DNA of 64,000 nt, from positions 28,119-92,118 of the forward strand of contig JAEOSK010000008.1 of the NCBI GenBank assembly GCA_016840405.1, given 5' to 3'. The DNA comes from Candidatus Hermodarchaeum yapensis (GTDB taxonomy: Archaea > Asgardarchaeota > Hermodarchaeia > Hermodarchaeales > Hermodarchaeaceae). Both the position numbers and the translations under genes were made by a program. This document shows, in pieces, positions 10,441 through 20,597 of this stretch (position 1 is its first letter; each line of letters opens with the position of its first letter). Below the pieces are notes generated by a model. The model saw only the letters and a list, made by a program, of their open reading frames with translations, ran no database searches and was not told the DNA's origin.

Positions 10441-11091
10441 CTAGAAGATTCGCTCAATAATTTCTCCATTAACGCTAGTCTCTGAAAATATCTGAGCTTG
10501 GAATTTGTAGATTCTAACTTCTGATTTTAAGTAACTATCTGGAGGCAACCCTGCCTTTTGACAACATCCTTGTAGGAACTGCTCGGCATTCCAGCCTTGT
10601 TCTGGGGCTACTTGTGGAAGAAGAAGTCCTCGATGCCATCCTCGGCCTTCAATAATTAGTCCATCTTTTCCGACGGTAATGTGTTTTGCAAGTTTCTTCC
10701 GGTCCTGAACCTCAAGCTCTTCGGGAACCGTCAAAACACTGACTTCAACAAGGATTAATTCCAGCTCCTCTTCCTGAACAGGCGGGAATCTAGGGTCATC
10801 TAGGGCTGAACTCAAAGCGGCTTGACGTGTTGCTTCGAGAAGTGGAACAGGTTCAGCACGACTGATAGGACCTGGCGGTAATCGACCAATACAGCCACGA
10901 AGCATCCACTTGTCTGCCTCCTCTCCTTGGCGTTTTTTCAGAGTTACAAATACTCCCCGGTTTTCATGCAGTGATTCAGAGTTAGTAGTTGGAATATCTA
11001 GTTGCTGTTTGTTTCGAATATACGTTTCAATAGTTTGCCGGGCGAATTTTGTTAACATGACCCCCTCTTCAAGTGTAAGCAACCTAGACAT
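10441..11091 (-). CDS. AMMECR1 domain protein (TIGR00296-like)
   Basis: RGVFVTL, LRGCIG, DPRFPP, EVSVLT, GLLLPQV. Confidence 0.95.
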   Translation of the reverse strand: MSRLLTLEEGVMLTKFARQTIETYIRNKQQLDIPTTNSESLHENRGVFVTLKKRQGEEADKWMLRGCIGRLPPGPISRAEPVPLLEATRQAALSSALDDPRFPPVQEEELELILVEVSVLTVPEELEVQDRKKLAKHITVGKDGLIIEGRGWHRGLLLPQVAPEQGWNAEQFLQGCCQKAGLPPDSYLKSEVRIYKFQAQIFSETSVNGEIIERIF

Positions 11092-11109
11092 GGCTAAATC
11101 ACCCTAATT

Positions 11110-11943
11110 TCAATCAGCTTTTTTATTTACTTTGAATCGGTTCGCGACCAAATCTACCAAATTACGCCTTATCAGAATATTTTCCATGATCTCTTTTTTC
11201 ATAACTGGTAAGAGGTGTTGGCGTGGACGAAGAAGTAGCTCCGCGGCTTCGGCAACCGTTGAGTCTGGTGTAACCGTTAATTCAGTACTCGTCATAATAT
11301 TCATTACAAGAAAATCTCGTAATCGTGTGCTTTGATATTTTGCTGGGATTTCTCGACGAAACGCGGCGAAACCCAAAGCTAAACGTTTCTTTGTCACTAA
11401 ACCAATGACTTTTCTTTCCTCAAAGACAGGAAGCCCGGGCATATCTTCTGCTAGCATCAACTGACGGGCATGTACAACCCGATCTGTGGGGCTTAAACTA
11501 ATTGGCTCTTCCAATCTGAGATCACGAACAGAGAGATTATCAATATCTGTGCATTGCTTAACAAAATGAGTATTTGTGACAATCCCCACAATCTCATCAT
11601 TGTCCACAACAGGTAACGCGCGTTCTTTCCGCTTGTAGAGTAAATTTGCAGCTTCGAACATATCGGTTGACGGTGTAATAGTCTTGGGATTCAACTCCAT
11701 TACTGAACTGACATAGATGCTTGCAGGTGTTAGCTTCCCCGCTCGAGCTGATCCTAACTTATCAAAAATATCGACTTCGGTTATCAGGCCAATCAGCTTT
11801 TTTCCTTCTGTAACTGGAATCGCTGAGATTCCAAGTTTATCCATTATATCAAGCGCAACGGAGACAACTTGGTCTTTATCAATGGTCTTTACTGGGCTTG
11901 CCATGATTTTTTCAACATGCACCAACCTCACCTCGTCACACAA
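11110..11943 (-). CDS. Four-CBS-domain protein
   Basis: Repeated CBS motifs (IPVTEGKKLIGLITEVDI, LPVVDNDEIVGIVT). Confidence 0.9.
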   Translation of the reverse strand: MCDEVRLVHVEKIMASPVKTIDKDQVVSVALDIMDKLGISAIPVTEGKKLIGLITEVDIFDKLGSARAGKLTPASIYVSSVMELNPKTITPSTDMFEAANLLYKRKERALPVVDNDEIVGIVTNTHFVKQCTDIDNLSVRDLRLEEPISLSPTDRVVHARQLMLAEDMPGLPVFEERKVIGLVTKKRLALGFAAFRREIPAKYQSTRLRDFLVMNIMTSTELTVTPDSTVAEAAELLLRPRQHLLPVMKKEIMENILIRRNLVDLVANRFKVNKKAD

Positions 11944-12009
11944 CTGTTACCTCCAGGCTTCAAAATCCTTTGGCTCTTCCACTTCGACCCTAATCAGCTT
12001 AAGCAAAAG

Positions 12010-14019
12010 TCATTCGAGTAACAAATCAACTGGTCCTGGTGGTAATACAGCAATAATCTCGTCGATAGTTAGTGTCTTAACCATATCCTGTAACTCAGGT
12101 GACACGTTTTTTGCAAAATATGCACGTAATTGTTTTGCAGCATCAGAGACTTTCATTGTTCCAGGGATAATAGCTACCCAGCTCTGGGCTTTTTGTTGAA
12201 CTACTGATTCTGGTCCTGCAAAAACCAAAGGAAATTCATCTTCTAACAATAAACCAATTGCTAAACGGACTGGGGCGTTTCGAAGATAGTTTCTCTCACC
12301 TCTAACCATTACAGAACCCTTAGGCAGAAACTCTCCAGAAGGTGCACTTAAAGAAACTTGGTCGCTCGATACCCAATATGCATCTGCCGCAGGTCTTCCT
12401 GCTTTCCATGCTCGTGAATAACTCACAGCGAAAATGGCTATCTCTTCCAGCTCTTTTTCTGAAACTTCTCGTCCTTCAGTTTTTACCACAACAACTGGAG
12501 CCCCAGCGAAATCAGCGTGGAAAAATAAATCTGGGTCTTCTAGGTATTTCCGAATTAATTGTTGATTACTCCCAGCATCTCGTCCACCTATAACCATTAG
12601 ATCTTGGGATGTTCTAAACCATCGAAATTTCTCATACCAACGCTTCTTTCGGCGAGGCATAAGTCTATCCGACTCAGCTTTTACAAGAGCATCTTCATGT
12701 TTCTCTTCCAATTGGGTTATCTTTTGAAGAGTATCCTCGATGGCGATAGTTGCTCCTTTGACTTTCTTTTCAAGTTGCTTACTTCGTTGAAACATTTGGT
12801 TCGCGTTATCTGTAGCTCCCAATCGCACATCAAGCGATATGGATAGCTCATTCAAAATGATTTGAATTCTTCCCGCCTGAGGGTTGATACTTTCCAGAAT
12901 CATGGCTGCCGGGATCTGCTGTTTCTTTCCCTCCTCCAGGCGTTGAGAAATATCCTTCCAGGACACGCTTTGTTTCCTGGCATTTTGGATTGTGAACAGC
13001 AACTCTTCAACGATATCCAAGTGTTGGTAAATCGCATTAGCTGCTGTTCGACTTTGTTCAGCGCGTGATTGCATTGTTTCAAGATGTTCTTGTTGCTGTC
13101 CTTGTAATCGTCGAAGTTTTGCCAATTCACGTTGATACTTCTCGTCAATTTCCTCTGTAGCAGTCTCCTCTCGAGATGTTGAATAGAAGGTATCGAGAGC
13201 CTCATTGAAAGTTGAAAACTCACTTACCTTCACGTTCTGATATCGAACACTATTTGCAGGAAGTACTTGAATCGGTTCACCATTCTCATCCATTATAATC
13301 TGAGGTTTAAGCTGCCCTTCAGCAAGAGTATCAAAATATGAAATCAGTGTTTGGTGCAAGGTTTTTCTCTGCTTCGAAGTCAGCTTCTTGGCTAAAATAG
13401 TTGAATCAATTTCTACTTTGGAAAGAACCTCTTCGGCTGTAGTGCCACTCATGTTCAAACTGCGGACTAGCGTTCGAACAAGATCATGTTCAGAGCTATC
13501 AAGAATTGAATTCAAATCTTTCAGAGTAATCTCTCTCGGATCAGTTGCTCTTAAGGGTGGAAACTGAAAAGGAGCACCTCGGACAATATCACGGTCCCTC
13601 ATTCGACGATATGTCATTGCTGACACGATTCGATCCTTTGGATCGAGGAGAATTGCATTTCCGCCTCCAAACAACTCGATCACAATGGTAAATCGTTTTT
13701 CTGGCGGGCCCGCTCGTAAGTAGACGACACGATCAAAATCATGTTGTTCAAGGTCAGTAATTTTGTGATCACGAAGATGTTTTCGAAGAGCTTTACAAAA
13801 GGCACGGAGTTTTGCTTCTCGTTCATAAGTAAGTGATGTAAGGTGCATGTGTTTTCCTGGTTCAATTAGAAGCCAAACCTTATTCGGCGTATCACTACTA
13901 ATTTTAAAAAGCAGCGTACCGTTAAGTTGATAAATATTCAGAATCCATCTCCCGACTACAACGTCCTTTATCTCTCGTAGCATAACGAAAATCTCGGACG
14001 CTGTCATACTCCTATTCAC
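12010..14019 (-). CDS. rqcH: Ribosome quality control protein Rqc2/NEMF (NFACT)
   Basis: FDRVV, ELFGGGN, WYEKFRWF, GGRDA, FHAD, GEFLPKGS. Confidence 0.95.
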   Translation of the reverse strand: MNRSMTASEIFVMLREIKDVVVGRWILNIYQLNGTLLFKISSDTPNKVWLLIEPGKHMHLTSLTYEREAKLRAFCKALRKHLRDHKITDLEQHDFDRVVYLRAGPPEKRFTIVIELFGGGNAILLDPKDRIVSAMTYRRMRDRDIVRGAPFQFPPLRATDPREITLKDLNSILDSSEHDLVRTLVRSLNMSGTTAEEVLSKVEIDSTILAKKLTSKQRKTLHQTLISYFDTLAEGQLKPQIIMDENGEPIQVLPANSVRYQNVKVSEFSTFNEALDTFYSTSREETATEEIDEKYQRELAKLRRLQGQQQEHLETMQSRAEQSRTAANAIYQHLDIVEELLFTIQNARKQSVSWKDISQRLEEGKKQQIPAAMILESINPQAGRIQIILNELSISLDVRLGATDNANQMFQRSKQLEKKVKGATIAIEDTLQKITQLEEKHEDALVKAESDRLMPRRKKRWYEKFRWFRTSQDLMVIGGRDAGSNQQLIRKYLEDPDLFFHADFAGAPVVVVKTEGREVSEKELEEIAIFAVSYSRAWKAGRPAADAYWVSSDQVSLSAPSGEFLPKGSVMVRGERNYLRNAPVRLAIGLLLEDEFPLVFAGPESVVQQKAQSWVAIIPGTMKVSDAAKQLRAYFAKNVSPELQDMVKTLTIDEIIAVLPPGPVDLLLE

Positions 14020-14031
14020 GGGTGTTCACCA

Positions 14032-14361
14032 TTGTCAGATGAAACGAAATCTTGGTTTAATCGGCTCTCTCCTGAGGATTTGATTTATTATACGCGCCTA
14101 ATCTTCGCTCTTATTGCTGCAGCTATTGCCCTAGGTTTAAACCTTTCTGGTCCACTTGGCATATTCGGTTTTGTCATAGGGATAACGTTAGTAGTTATTT
14201 CTTACTTCATCGCTCTGTTCCTTTTTCGCATTTCTCCTGACCAGGTTGGCGGTCACCTGAGAGGGTTGATGAAGGGTTTGGGTACAGGCGTTCTCCTGTT
14301 TTTGGTTATCTGGCTGCTGGTGTATAACTTCATTTATTGGGCTACATTATCGATTCCCTAA
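14032..14361 (+). CDS. EMC6/RAB5IF-like three-TM membrane protein
   Basis: YYTR..A...A..LGLNLSG..G and GL.KGL...VL.F...W...YN match the EMC6/Rab5ip pattern. Confidence 0.75.
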   Translation: MSDETKSWFNRLSPEDLIYYTRLIFALIAAAIALGLNLSGPLGIFGFVIGITLVVISYFIALFLFRISPDQVGGHLRGLMKGLGTGVLLFLVIWLLVYNFIYWATLSIP

Positions 14362-14463
14362 CAGGATTGAAGAATCCTTTTAATAGCTGGGCGTTCTTTG
14401 AGAAAACCTTAATAGGGGACCTCTTCTAAAGTTGTTTTAGGATTTTTTCGTCGAGGGAGTTTA

Positions 14464-14991
14464 GTGAAACTTGATGACAAGGATATGCGTATCCTCTCTT
14501 TACTTCAAAAGGATGGGCGTGCAAAGTACACACAAATCGCACGAACGTTATCGAAAGCTATGAATCAGAATATTCCAGATACAACCATTCTGTTTCGTAT
14601 TCGGAAACTTCAGCAAGCTGGAGTTATCAAACGGTTTACAGTCAGCATTGATCAAGAGATGTTAGGGTACACTGTGTATGGCGTGTTGGTTGTTGAAATT
14701 GGTGGGCATATCCTTCGCGATATCACAGTAGAGCATACCCAAAAAATTAAGGCAGATCTTGAAAGCCGGGCGAATGTCATTTTTCTTGCATTGAATGAGA
14801 ATGAAACCGGCATATTTGCGATAATTCTCGGTAAACAGCCATCAGACCTTGAAGAGATTTTTAACACGCTTAAAGACAACCCAGATGTTGTTGACGCAAA
14901 ATTATGGTTCCTTAAGCAACCGACGAAAGGTGACGGTCTTATTGGAACAGGCTTGCCAATCATTGAAATGGAGGAAATCGAAGATGTCTGA
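14464..14991 (+). CDS. Lrp/AsnC family regulator
   Basis: LDDKDMRILSLLQKDGR...RIRKLQQAGVIKRF. Confidence 0.9.
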   Translation: MKLDDKDMRILSLLQKDGRAKYTQIARTLSKAMNQNIPDTTILFRIRKLQQAGVIKRFTVSIDQEMLGYTVYGVLVVEIGGHILRDITVEHTQKIKADLESRANVIFLALNENETGIFAIILGKQPSDLEEIFNTLKDNPDVVDAKLWFLKQPTKGDGLIGTGLPIIEMEEIEDV

Positions 14992-15721
14992 AACATCAGA
15001 ACGCGTGAAAACAGGAATTCCAGGATTAGATGGAATCCTTCACGGAGGGTTTATTCCTGGTAGTAATGTGCTCGTCTCCGGCGGGGCAGGTACAGGGAAG
15101 ACCATTTTTTGTATGCAGTTTCTTCAATCTGGAGCAATGAAATTTGGAGATAACGGGGTCTTTGTTACGTTAGAAGAACGGCCAAAAGAGTTGCGACGCG
15201 AAGCCGAAAGGTTTGGGTGGAATTTTGAGAAGCTGCAAGAAGAAGAAAAGCTCATTATCGTGGATGCAGCTTCCAGTAAAGCAGGATTACCAACCACCGA
15301 ACCACATGCAATTCGCACAGGTTTGGATATTAATGCTCTTGCACAAGAAATCTATCGGGTCACCAAACGAATTAATGCACGACGCATTGTCATTGACTCT
15401 GTATCCGGTCTTGGTATTCGTTTCGAAGGAATAGCCGCGGTCAGGAACGCAATCTTCAAACTTTCAAGCCTTCTCCGAGAACTTGGCGCTACTTCGATTA
15501 TGACCTCGGAAGTTGCAGAGGGGTCAACGGGTTTTAGCCGATATGGAGTAGAGGAATTTATTGCCCAAGGGTTAATCATCCTCTCACTTACTGAGCAGGA
15601 TAGAGAACTCCGACGAAGTCTAGTTGTTCGGAAAATGCGTCAAACTGGTCATAGCTTGAAACGATTTCCCTTTGAAATCAGTAGTTCCGGGCTTGTAGTC
15701 ATGCCAGGTGGCGAACTATAG
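14984..15721 (+). CDS. KaiC-like/RecA-superfamily ATPase (single domain); start MSETS overlaps the Lrp stop
   Basis: TGIPGLD, GGAGTGKT, TLEE, IVIDS, VRKMR. Confidence 0.92.
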   Translation: MSETSERVKTGIPGLDGILHGGFIPGSNVLVSGGAGTGKTIFCMQFLQSGAMKFGDNGVFVTLEERPKELRREAERFGWNFEKLQEEEKLIIVDAASSKAGLPTTEPHAIRTGLDINALAQEIYRVTKRINARRIVIDSVSGLGIRFEGIAAVRNAIFKLSSLLRELGATSIMTSEVAEGSTGFSRYGVEEFIAQGLIILSLTEQDRELRRSLVVRKMRQTGHSLKRFPFEISSSGLVVMPGGEL

Positions 15722-15722
15722 T

Positions 15723-16322
15723 TTAGCTTGGGATAAATATTGGTCCGCTTACTAAAATTAACAAGACTAGATAAGATACAAAAAAATACAAAATCAATGG
15801 AACGACAACAGGTTTCCACGCAATAAAATCTGGTGTGGTTGGCTTTCTCTCTAGTCGCCTTGTAACCCAGAACACCTTCTTCTCCGATTTAATGGCATCA
15901 ATATGGTTAGGAGCAATATGCTTCCAAGTAATGAGATTCTGAATTAAGACAACTAGGCTATGTACTCCAACCAAGAGAAAACCTCCTAACAAAATGAAAA
16001 ACGGGACTAATAACAGCCAAACAATGTCAAGGATGATCCAAGGGTAGGTCAGAGAGATTATTAGGATGGCCTTACCATCGGCTCCGCCAATTATTCCGAT
16101 TCGAAATCCAACAATTACTAGGATGAAAATCAACAATGTTTGCAATACGTAGGGGAGAAGAAAACCAGTAACAATCATTCGGAAACTGGCGATGGGTATC
16201 CCAAACAATCCAATAATCCATACCCAGTTTGTGACGATGTTAGTTTGAACATCTTTTATTGACGCAAATAGAAGTACAAAGAAAATTAAAATTACAGTAA
16301 TAAAACCGAGAATGATCTCCAA
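15723..16322 (-). CDS. A24 prepilin peptidase-like protein
   Basis: ASIKD...VTN..W and IGGADGKA aspartates; multiple TM segments. Confidence 0.85.
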   Translation of the reverse strand: MEIILGFITVILIFFVLLFASIKDVQTNIVTNWVWIIGLFGIPIASFRMIVTGFLLPYVLQTLLIFILVIVGFRIGIIGGADGKAILIISLTYPWIILDIVWLLLVPFFILLGGFLLVGVHSLVVLIQNLITWKHIAPNHIDAIKSEKKVFWVTRRLERKPTTPDFIAWKPVVVPLILYFFVSYLVLLILVSGPIFIPS

Positions 16323-16517
16323 TAGCTACCCTCAAGTTAACCTGACATAACAGAATATTTTACGTAAATATCGAATCTGTTCACAAGTTGCTAAGAGAAC
16401 TAGTACATAAAGTTAACAAAGAGTTGCTATCCCCTTTAAGCTCCTACATATGTTATCAAACCACTTATCGCCCTCTCTCCTCTGCCCATAATCCCCTTTA
16501 TTACAAATAACTAATGG

Positions 16518-16680
16518 AAATCTCTAAACGAGGTATCCTATCGATCACTTGACCCAAAGTGGTCGAAAAGCAGTCCCGGAAGCCTTCGCAGTGGACGGGA
16601 TAGAGGGTGTGGGGTTACACCCAGATTCGGTGACCGTTTGATGCAAATCGGTGATAGAATCAAATGAAAATTGTAGATTT
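16518..16680 (+). ncRNA. Candidate structured ncRNA of unknown family
   Basis: Four consecutive hairpins enclosed by AAATCT/AGATTT in an ORF-free gap. G-U pairs favour the + strand. Confidence 0.4.
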
Positions 16681-16724
16681 ACACTATTCTCGATAACCTA
16701 AAGGTCCTAGAAAGTATCTGAGCA

Positions 16725-16985
16725 TTAGGTGTCAGCTACATTTCTTTGTCGAAGAAATCGGAAGTAGGCATAAAGGCCTATAATTAATAGGCCGATGACT
16801 TCGACGCTGACACCGATTATGAGCAATAGCCATGTTGGTCCAATTTGTCCTGTGATTGTTCCCACGAAAATAACACCTACGCCACTAAATAGCAGGATGA
16901 AAATCAGTAGTGCTTCAAGGAAAGTTCCTAAACGGCTAACTATTGATCGAATACGGGTTCTTCCTGTTGACATAGTGGTCACCAC
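16725..16985 (-). CDS. Small two-TM membrane protein
   Basis: Two hydrophobic helices, basic ends. Confidence 0.65.
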   Translation of the reverse strand: MVTTMSTGRTRIRSIVSRLGTFLEALLIFILLFSGVGVIFVGTITGQIGPTWLLLIIGVSVEVIGLLIIGLYAYFRFLRQRNVADT

Positions 16986-17119
16986 ATATGATTATCAGGT
17001 TAAGTTTTCGGGTTGGAAAAGAGCAGTATAAAGAATGGCATATAAATGTACTTTTAGGGCTAGGACTTGTTTTTTTCTTGGCATGACTTGTTAGTAACAA
17101 ATACGGTGAACGAATTATA

Positions 17120-17416
17120 TTATATGGCTTTAATTATGACTTGTTTAACAGCCAGCTCGCAAACCTTTCTGACACCATGCTCGCCTGGTTCATAGTGACT
17201 TTTAAGAAGACCTGCCTGTTCAAGGATTTTAACCTGAGCGCTAATATTCGCCTCCGTTTGTTTTAACGCTTCAGCAATTCGGCTAACATCCATACTCTTA
17301 TCCCGAAGAAGAGAAATGATGCGCCATCTTGTTTGACTTGAAAGCGCTTTAGCCACACGAGGAACTTCTTCATCTGGAACTTCAAATCGTTCTTTCAAAT
17401 TAACAGAACCTGCCAC
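17120..17416 (-). CDS. ArsR family HTH regulator
   Basis: KALSSQTRWRII..L...IAEAL......SAQVKILEQAGL. Confidence 0.88.
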   Translation of the reverse strand: MAGSVNLKERFEVPDEEVPRVAKALSSQTRWRIISLLRDKSMDVSRIAEALKQTEANISAQVKILEQAGLLKSHYEPGEHGVRKVCELAVKQVIIKAI

Positions 17417-17584
17417 AATAAATCAATTAGATAGCCCTTCTCATAGGCTCTCCTTAATATACGTTTCCCAGTGAAATAGTTCACTAAGGTTTTTACCAAT
17501 AATTTGGCTTTTTATTCAAAAAGGGGTTGACTCAATTGGCGACTTACTCCCAATAGGTTTTTGTCGGCATAACACAGATTTCAC

Positions 17585-18493
17585 ATGATTGATTTGCATC
17601 GACTAGCAAAAATTCTAAGGGAGCTCAAGCCGGATGAAGTATCAGTTCTTCAAACCATTGAAGCATTAGTACATCGGTTTGAATATGTTCCAATTGAAGA
17701 ACTTGAAAAGAAGATAGATCTTGAAGCGGATGACATATTGTTTCTTCTCGGGCAACTTAACAAAGTGCGTTTGGTGAAACGTCAAAAGGAACATTACTTG
17801 GGATACAGCATAACTCAGGCGGGATATGATGCTTTAGTTCTTTATGATTTAGCGATAAAAGATGTCATCGTTTCTTTAGGACAACCTTACGGTGTTGGCA
17901 AGGAATCAACAGTATATCGTGCTCTTGATCCTAAAGAAACAGAAGTTGCCGTGAAATTTCTACGGTGGGGACGTTCAAGTTTTAAAAAAGTACGTCGACT
18001 TCGACGGCTTAAGGATGATACCATCTCTTCGTGGATGAATGTCAGTAAACAAGCGGCTGAACGAGAATTCAAAGCTTTGCGAGTTATGCACCGTTTAGGA
18101 GGTCTAGTGCCAGAACCAATAGCAATTAATCGGCATGTAATTGTGATGTCTCAGATGACTGGTGATCTCCTGCTTGATATGATTGAATTAGAGCGCCCAG
18201 GAGTTATATTAGATCAGATATTATCCCAAGTTCAGCTAGCATACCATAAAGCAGAGCTAGTCCATGGAGATCTCAGTGAATACAATATCTTTGTTGAAGA
18301 AAACGAACAGATCATAATTTTTGATTGGCCGCAGTGGCAACCAATTACTCATCCTAATGCTCATTGGTTACTCAAACGTGATATCACAAATATTCTTACA
18401 TTTTTCAAACGCCGATTCAGAATTACTTATGATGTTGATGAAACACTAGAAAAATTAACGGCTGGGACGGATAGGAAGAACAAGAATGAATGA
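17585..18493 (+). CDS. rio2: RIO2-type Ser/Thr kinase
   Basis: N-terminal wHTH (GYDAL), GVGKES, HGDLSEYNI, FDWPQ. Confidence 0.93.
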   Translation: MIDLHRLAKILRELKPDEVSVLQTIEALVHRFEYVPIEELEKKIDLEADDILFLLGQLNKVRLVKRQKEHYLGYSITQAGYDALVLYDLAIKDVIVSLGQPYGVGKESTVYRALDPKETEVAVKFLRWGRSSFKKVRRLRRLKDDTISSWMNVSKQAAEREFKALRVMHRLGGLVPEPIAINRHVIVMSQMTGDLLLDMIELERPGVILDQILSQVQLAYHKAELVHGDLSEYNIFVEENEQIIIFDWPQWQPITHPNAHWLLKRDITNILTFFKRRFRITYDVDETLEKLTAGTDRKNKNE

Positions 18494-20558
18494 AACCCCT
18501 TTACTACGAATCATTGGTTTTGATATTCTACCTCAAAGTTCTCCTTCCTCTAAGAAATCCCCTCGATATGCTTCGGTACTAATGGAAGGAGAACTCCTTG
18601 AAACTAACAGTTCGATTCGACGAAGTGAATTATTAAAGATGGTTCGTAGAGTTGAACCTGATATTATTGCAACCGATAATTTATTTGAGCTATCTGCCAC
18701 CGAGAAGGGCGTTATTGAATTTTTATCTAGAATCCCATCAAAAACACGCGTGATCCAAGTCACGGGTTCCCCTGTTCACGGAATGACATCTCTCACAAAA
18801 CTGGCACGAAGGCATGGCTTTCCTGTGAAGAAACATCCAATTCCAGTTGAGACAGCTATTCTGATCTCCCAACTAGCTTCATTAGGTGTGGGTACTGAAA
18901 TATCGGTTTTAGCCCGTGAAACTCGAATTGTTGTTTCCAGAGCCCGTAATGTCGGACCTGGTGGCTTTTCGCAAGCACGATTTCAACGACGAATGCATGG
19001 TTCAATTCAACAAACGGCTCGTAACATATTAGACAAATTGACCAAGGCTGAAATCGATTACGATCAGTATGAAACCCGAACCCAACATGGTTGGTCACGG
19101 TGTATGATTCATGTGTACGAATCCTATGACACTGTTTGCACTGTTGTCCAATCGGAAGTTAACCGAATCGCTGGCGTAGCCGTTAGAATAGCTCCTGTAA
19201 AACATCGATCAATTCTTTATCTTCCCCGGGATGACAAAAAAGAAGAAATCGGTCAACGACGATTACTGGTTGTAGGGATTGACGCAGGAACTACAATAGG
19301 GATTGCAATAACAGATATTTCCGGAAACCTAGTAGCTCTTCGAAGTAGTCGAGGATTATCTCGTGGTGATGTTATCCGATATATCGTCGAGTTTGGGAAA
19401 CCAATTCTACTCGCATCAGATGTATTTCCAGCACCCAGTTTTATCGAAAAACTAAGCACTACACTTCAAACACAGCTTTTTACTCCAGACAAATTGATGG
19501 CCGTCGTTGAAAAAAGGAAATTGGCAAAATCCTTTACGGCAGACTCGCAATTTCGTTCAAGTAATGCTCATCAACGAGATGCCCTTGCGGCCGTTGCTAA
19601 GGTCTTCCAAGTTTATAGTAAGAAGCTTGAATTACTTAACAAGCGTTTGCAAGAAAGTGAACAACGCCATTCGGTTTCTGAAGCTACCGTCTTAGTCTTA
19701 CAAGGCGGTTCAGTACATGATGCTCTTAGTCAATCTATAATACCTACAGAAATTGAAAAATTTCCATCGAAGCCCAGCAAACCCATTGAACCGACTGAAA
19801 AACCCCGAACCCCGCAGGAACTTCAACAAATCGTTGATCGTTTAACACGCCAAGTTGAATCACTTCAACGTCAACTGGAATCTGAACGAAATCAACACCA
19901 ACAGAGTGTAGAACACCAGAAAAAGCTTGAAAAGGAAATTCAGCAAATCCAGCGTCAATTGAATCGTTCGTTAAGCGCAGAACAACGAGAACACCGTCGC
20001 GATGAACGAATTCTCCGGAAGGAAGCAGAGATTCACCGTCTTGAAAAGAAAATACGTACGCAAAGTTTTGAACTTGAACGAATTAAACGCAATATAACAA
20101 ATCTCAAATTAATGCGTCGACTGGAAATGCTCGGAGAAGTACAACCGGTAATCGTACTCTCACATTTTTCGCAAGAAGAAATTCGACAGTTGGGTGAAAG
20201 GTATCCTCAGGATAAAAAACGCAAAGTCGTGTTCATTCAGGATCCTAGTGGGGGTGGAAGCTCAACCGCAAACCAACTTGTACAGTTTGGTGTTCAAATT
20301 GTAATTACTCAAGGGACGATGTCCCATTTAGCGCTCCAGAAATTCAGTGCTGCACATATTCCAGTACTAGACGCAAAATCTCTGCGAATCACTATTGTTG
20401 ATGAATTTGCAGTTGTCGATGTTGAACAATTGAGTTTAGAAATCACAAAATGGCAAGAACGTCATCAGGTTTCTGAACGTGAGGCCGCCGCCGACAATCT
20501 AGAACGCCTAATTGAAGAATATCGACAAGAGCGACGGAATAAAACCTCGGATAAATGA
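18486..20558 (+). CDS. DUF460 (COG2433) RNase H-fold/coiled-coil protein
   Basis: ATDNLFEL, GGFSQARF, VGIDAGTTIG, HQRDALAA, long coiled coil. Confidence 0.9.
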   Translation: MNETPLLRIIGFDILPQSSPSSKKSPRYASVLMEGELLETNSSIRRSELLKMVRRVEPDIIATDNLFELSATEKGVIEFLSRIPSKTRVIQVTGSPVHGMTSLTKLARRHGFPVKKHPIPVETAILISQLASLGVGTEISVLARETRIVVSRARNVGPGGFSQARFQRRMHGSIQQTARNILDKLTKAEIDYDQYETRTQHGWSRCMIHVYESYDTVCTVVQSEVNRIAGVAVRIAPVKHRSILYLPRDDKKEEIGQRRLLVVGIDAGTTIGIAITDISGNLVALRSSRGLSRGDVIRYIVEFGKPILLASDVFPAPSFIEKLSTTLQTQLFTPDKLMAVVEKRKLAKSFTADSQFRSSNAHQRDALAAVAKVFQVYSKKLELLNKRLQESEQRHSVSEATVLVLQGGSVHDALSQSIIPTEIEKFPSKPSKPIEPTEKPRTPQELQQIVDRLTRQVESLQRQLESERNQHQQSVEHQKKLEKEIQQIQRQLNRSLSAEQREHRRDERILRKEAEIHRLEKKIRTQSFELERIKRNITNLKLMRRLEMLGEVQPVIVLSHFSQEEIRQLGERYPQDKKRKVVFIQDPSGGGSSTANQLVQFGVQIVITQGTMSHLALQKFSAAHIPVLDAKSLRITIVDEFAVVDVEQLSLEITKWQERHQVSEREAAADNLERLIEEYRQERRNKTSDK

Positions 20559-20597
20559 TATATTCCTTCTAAAGGGCATTTTCCCTGAAATTTTGTA

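Noticed and set aside
14849-14983. 45-aa N-terminal extension of the KaiC-like ATPase
   Set aside because: It overlaps the Lrp gene; ATG 14984 has a GGAGG SD and matches the family start.
16624-16661. Functional SECIS element
   Set aside because: No adjacent gene with an in-frame UGA; MsrB, the hydrogenase and the molybdo-enzyme all encode Cys; the upper stem is short.
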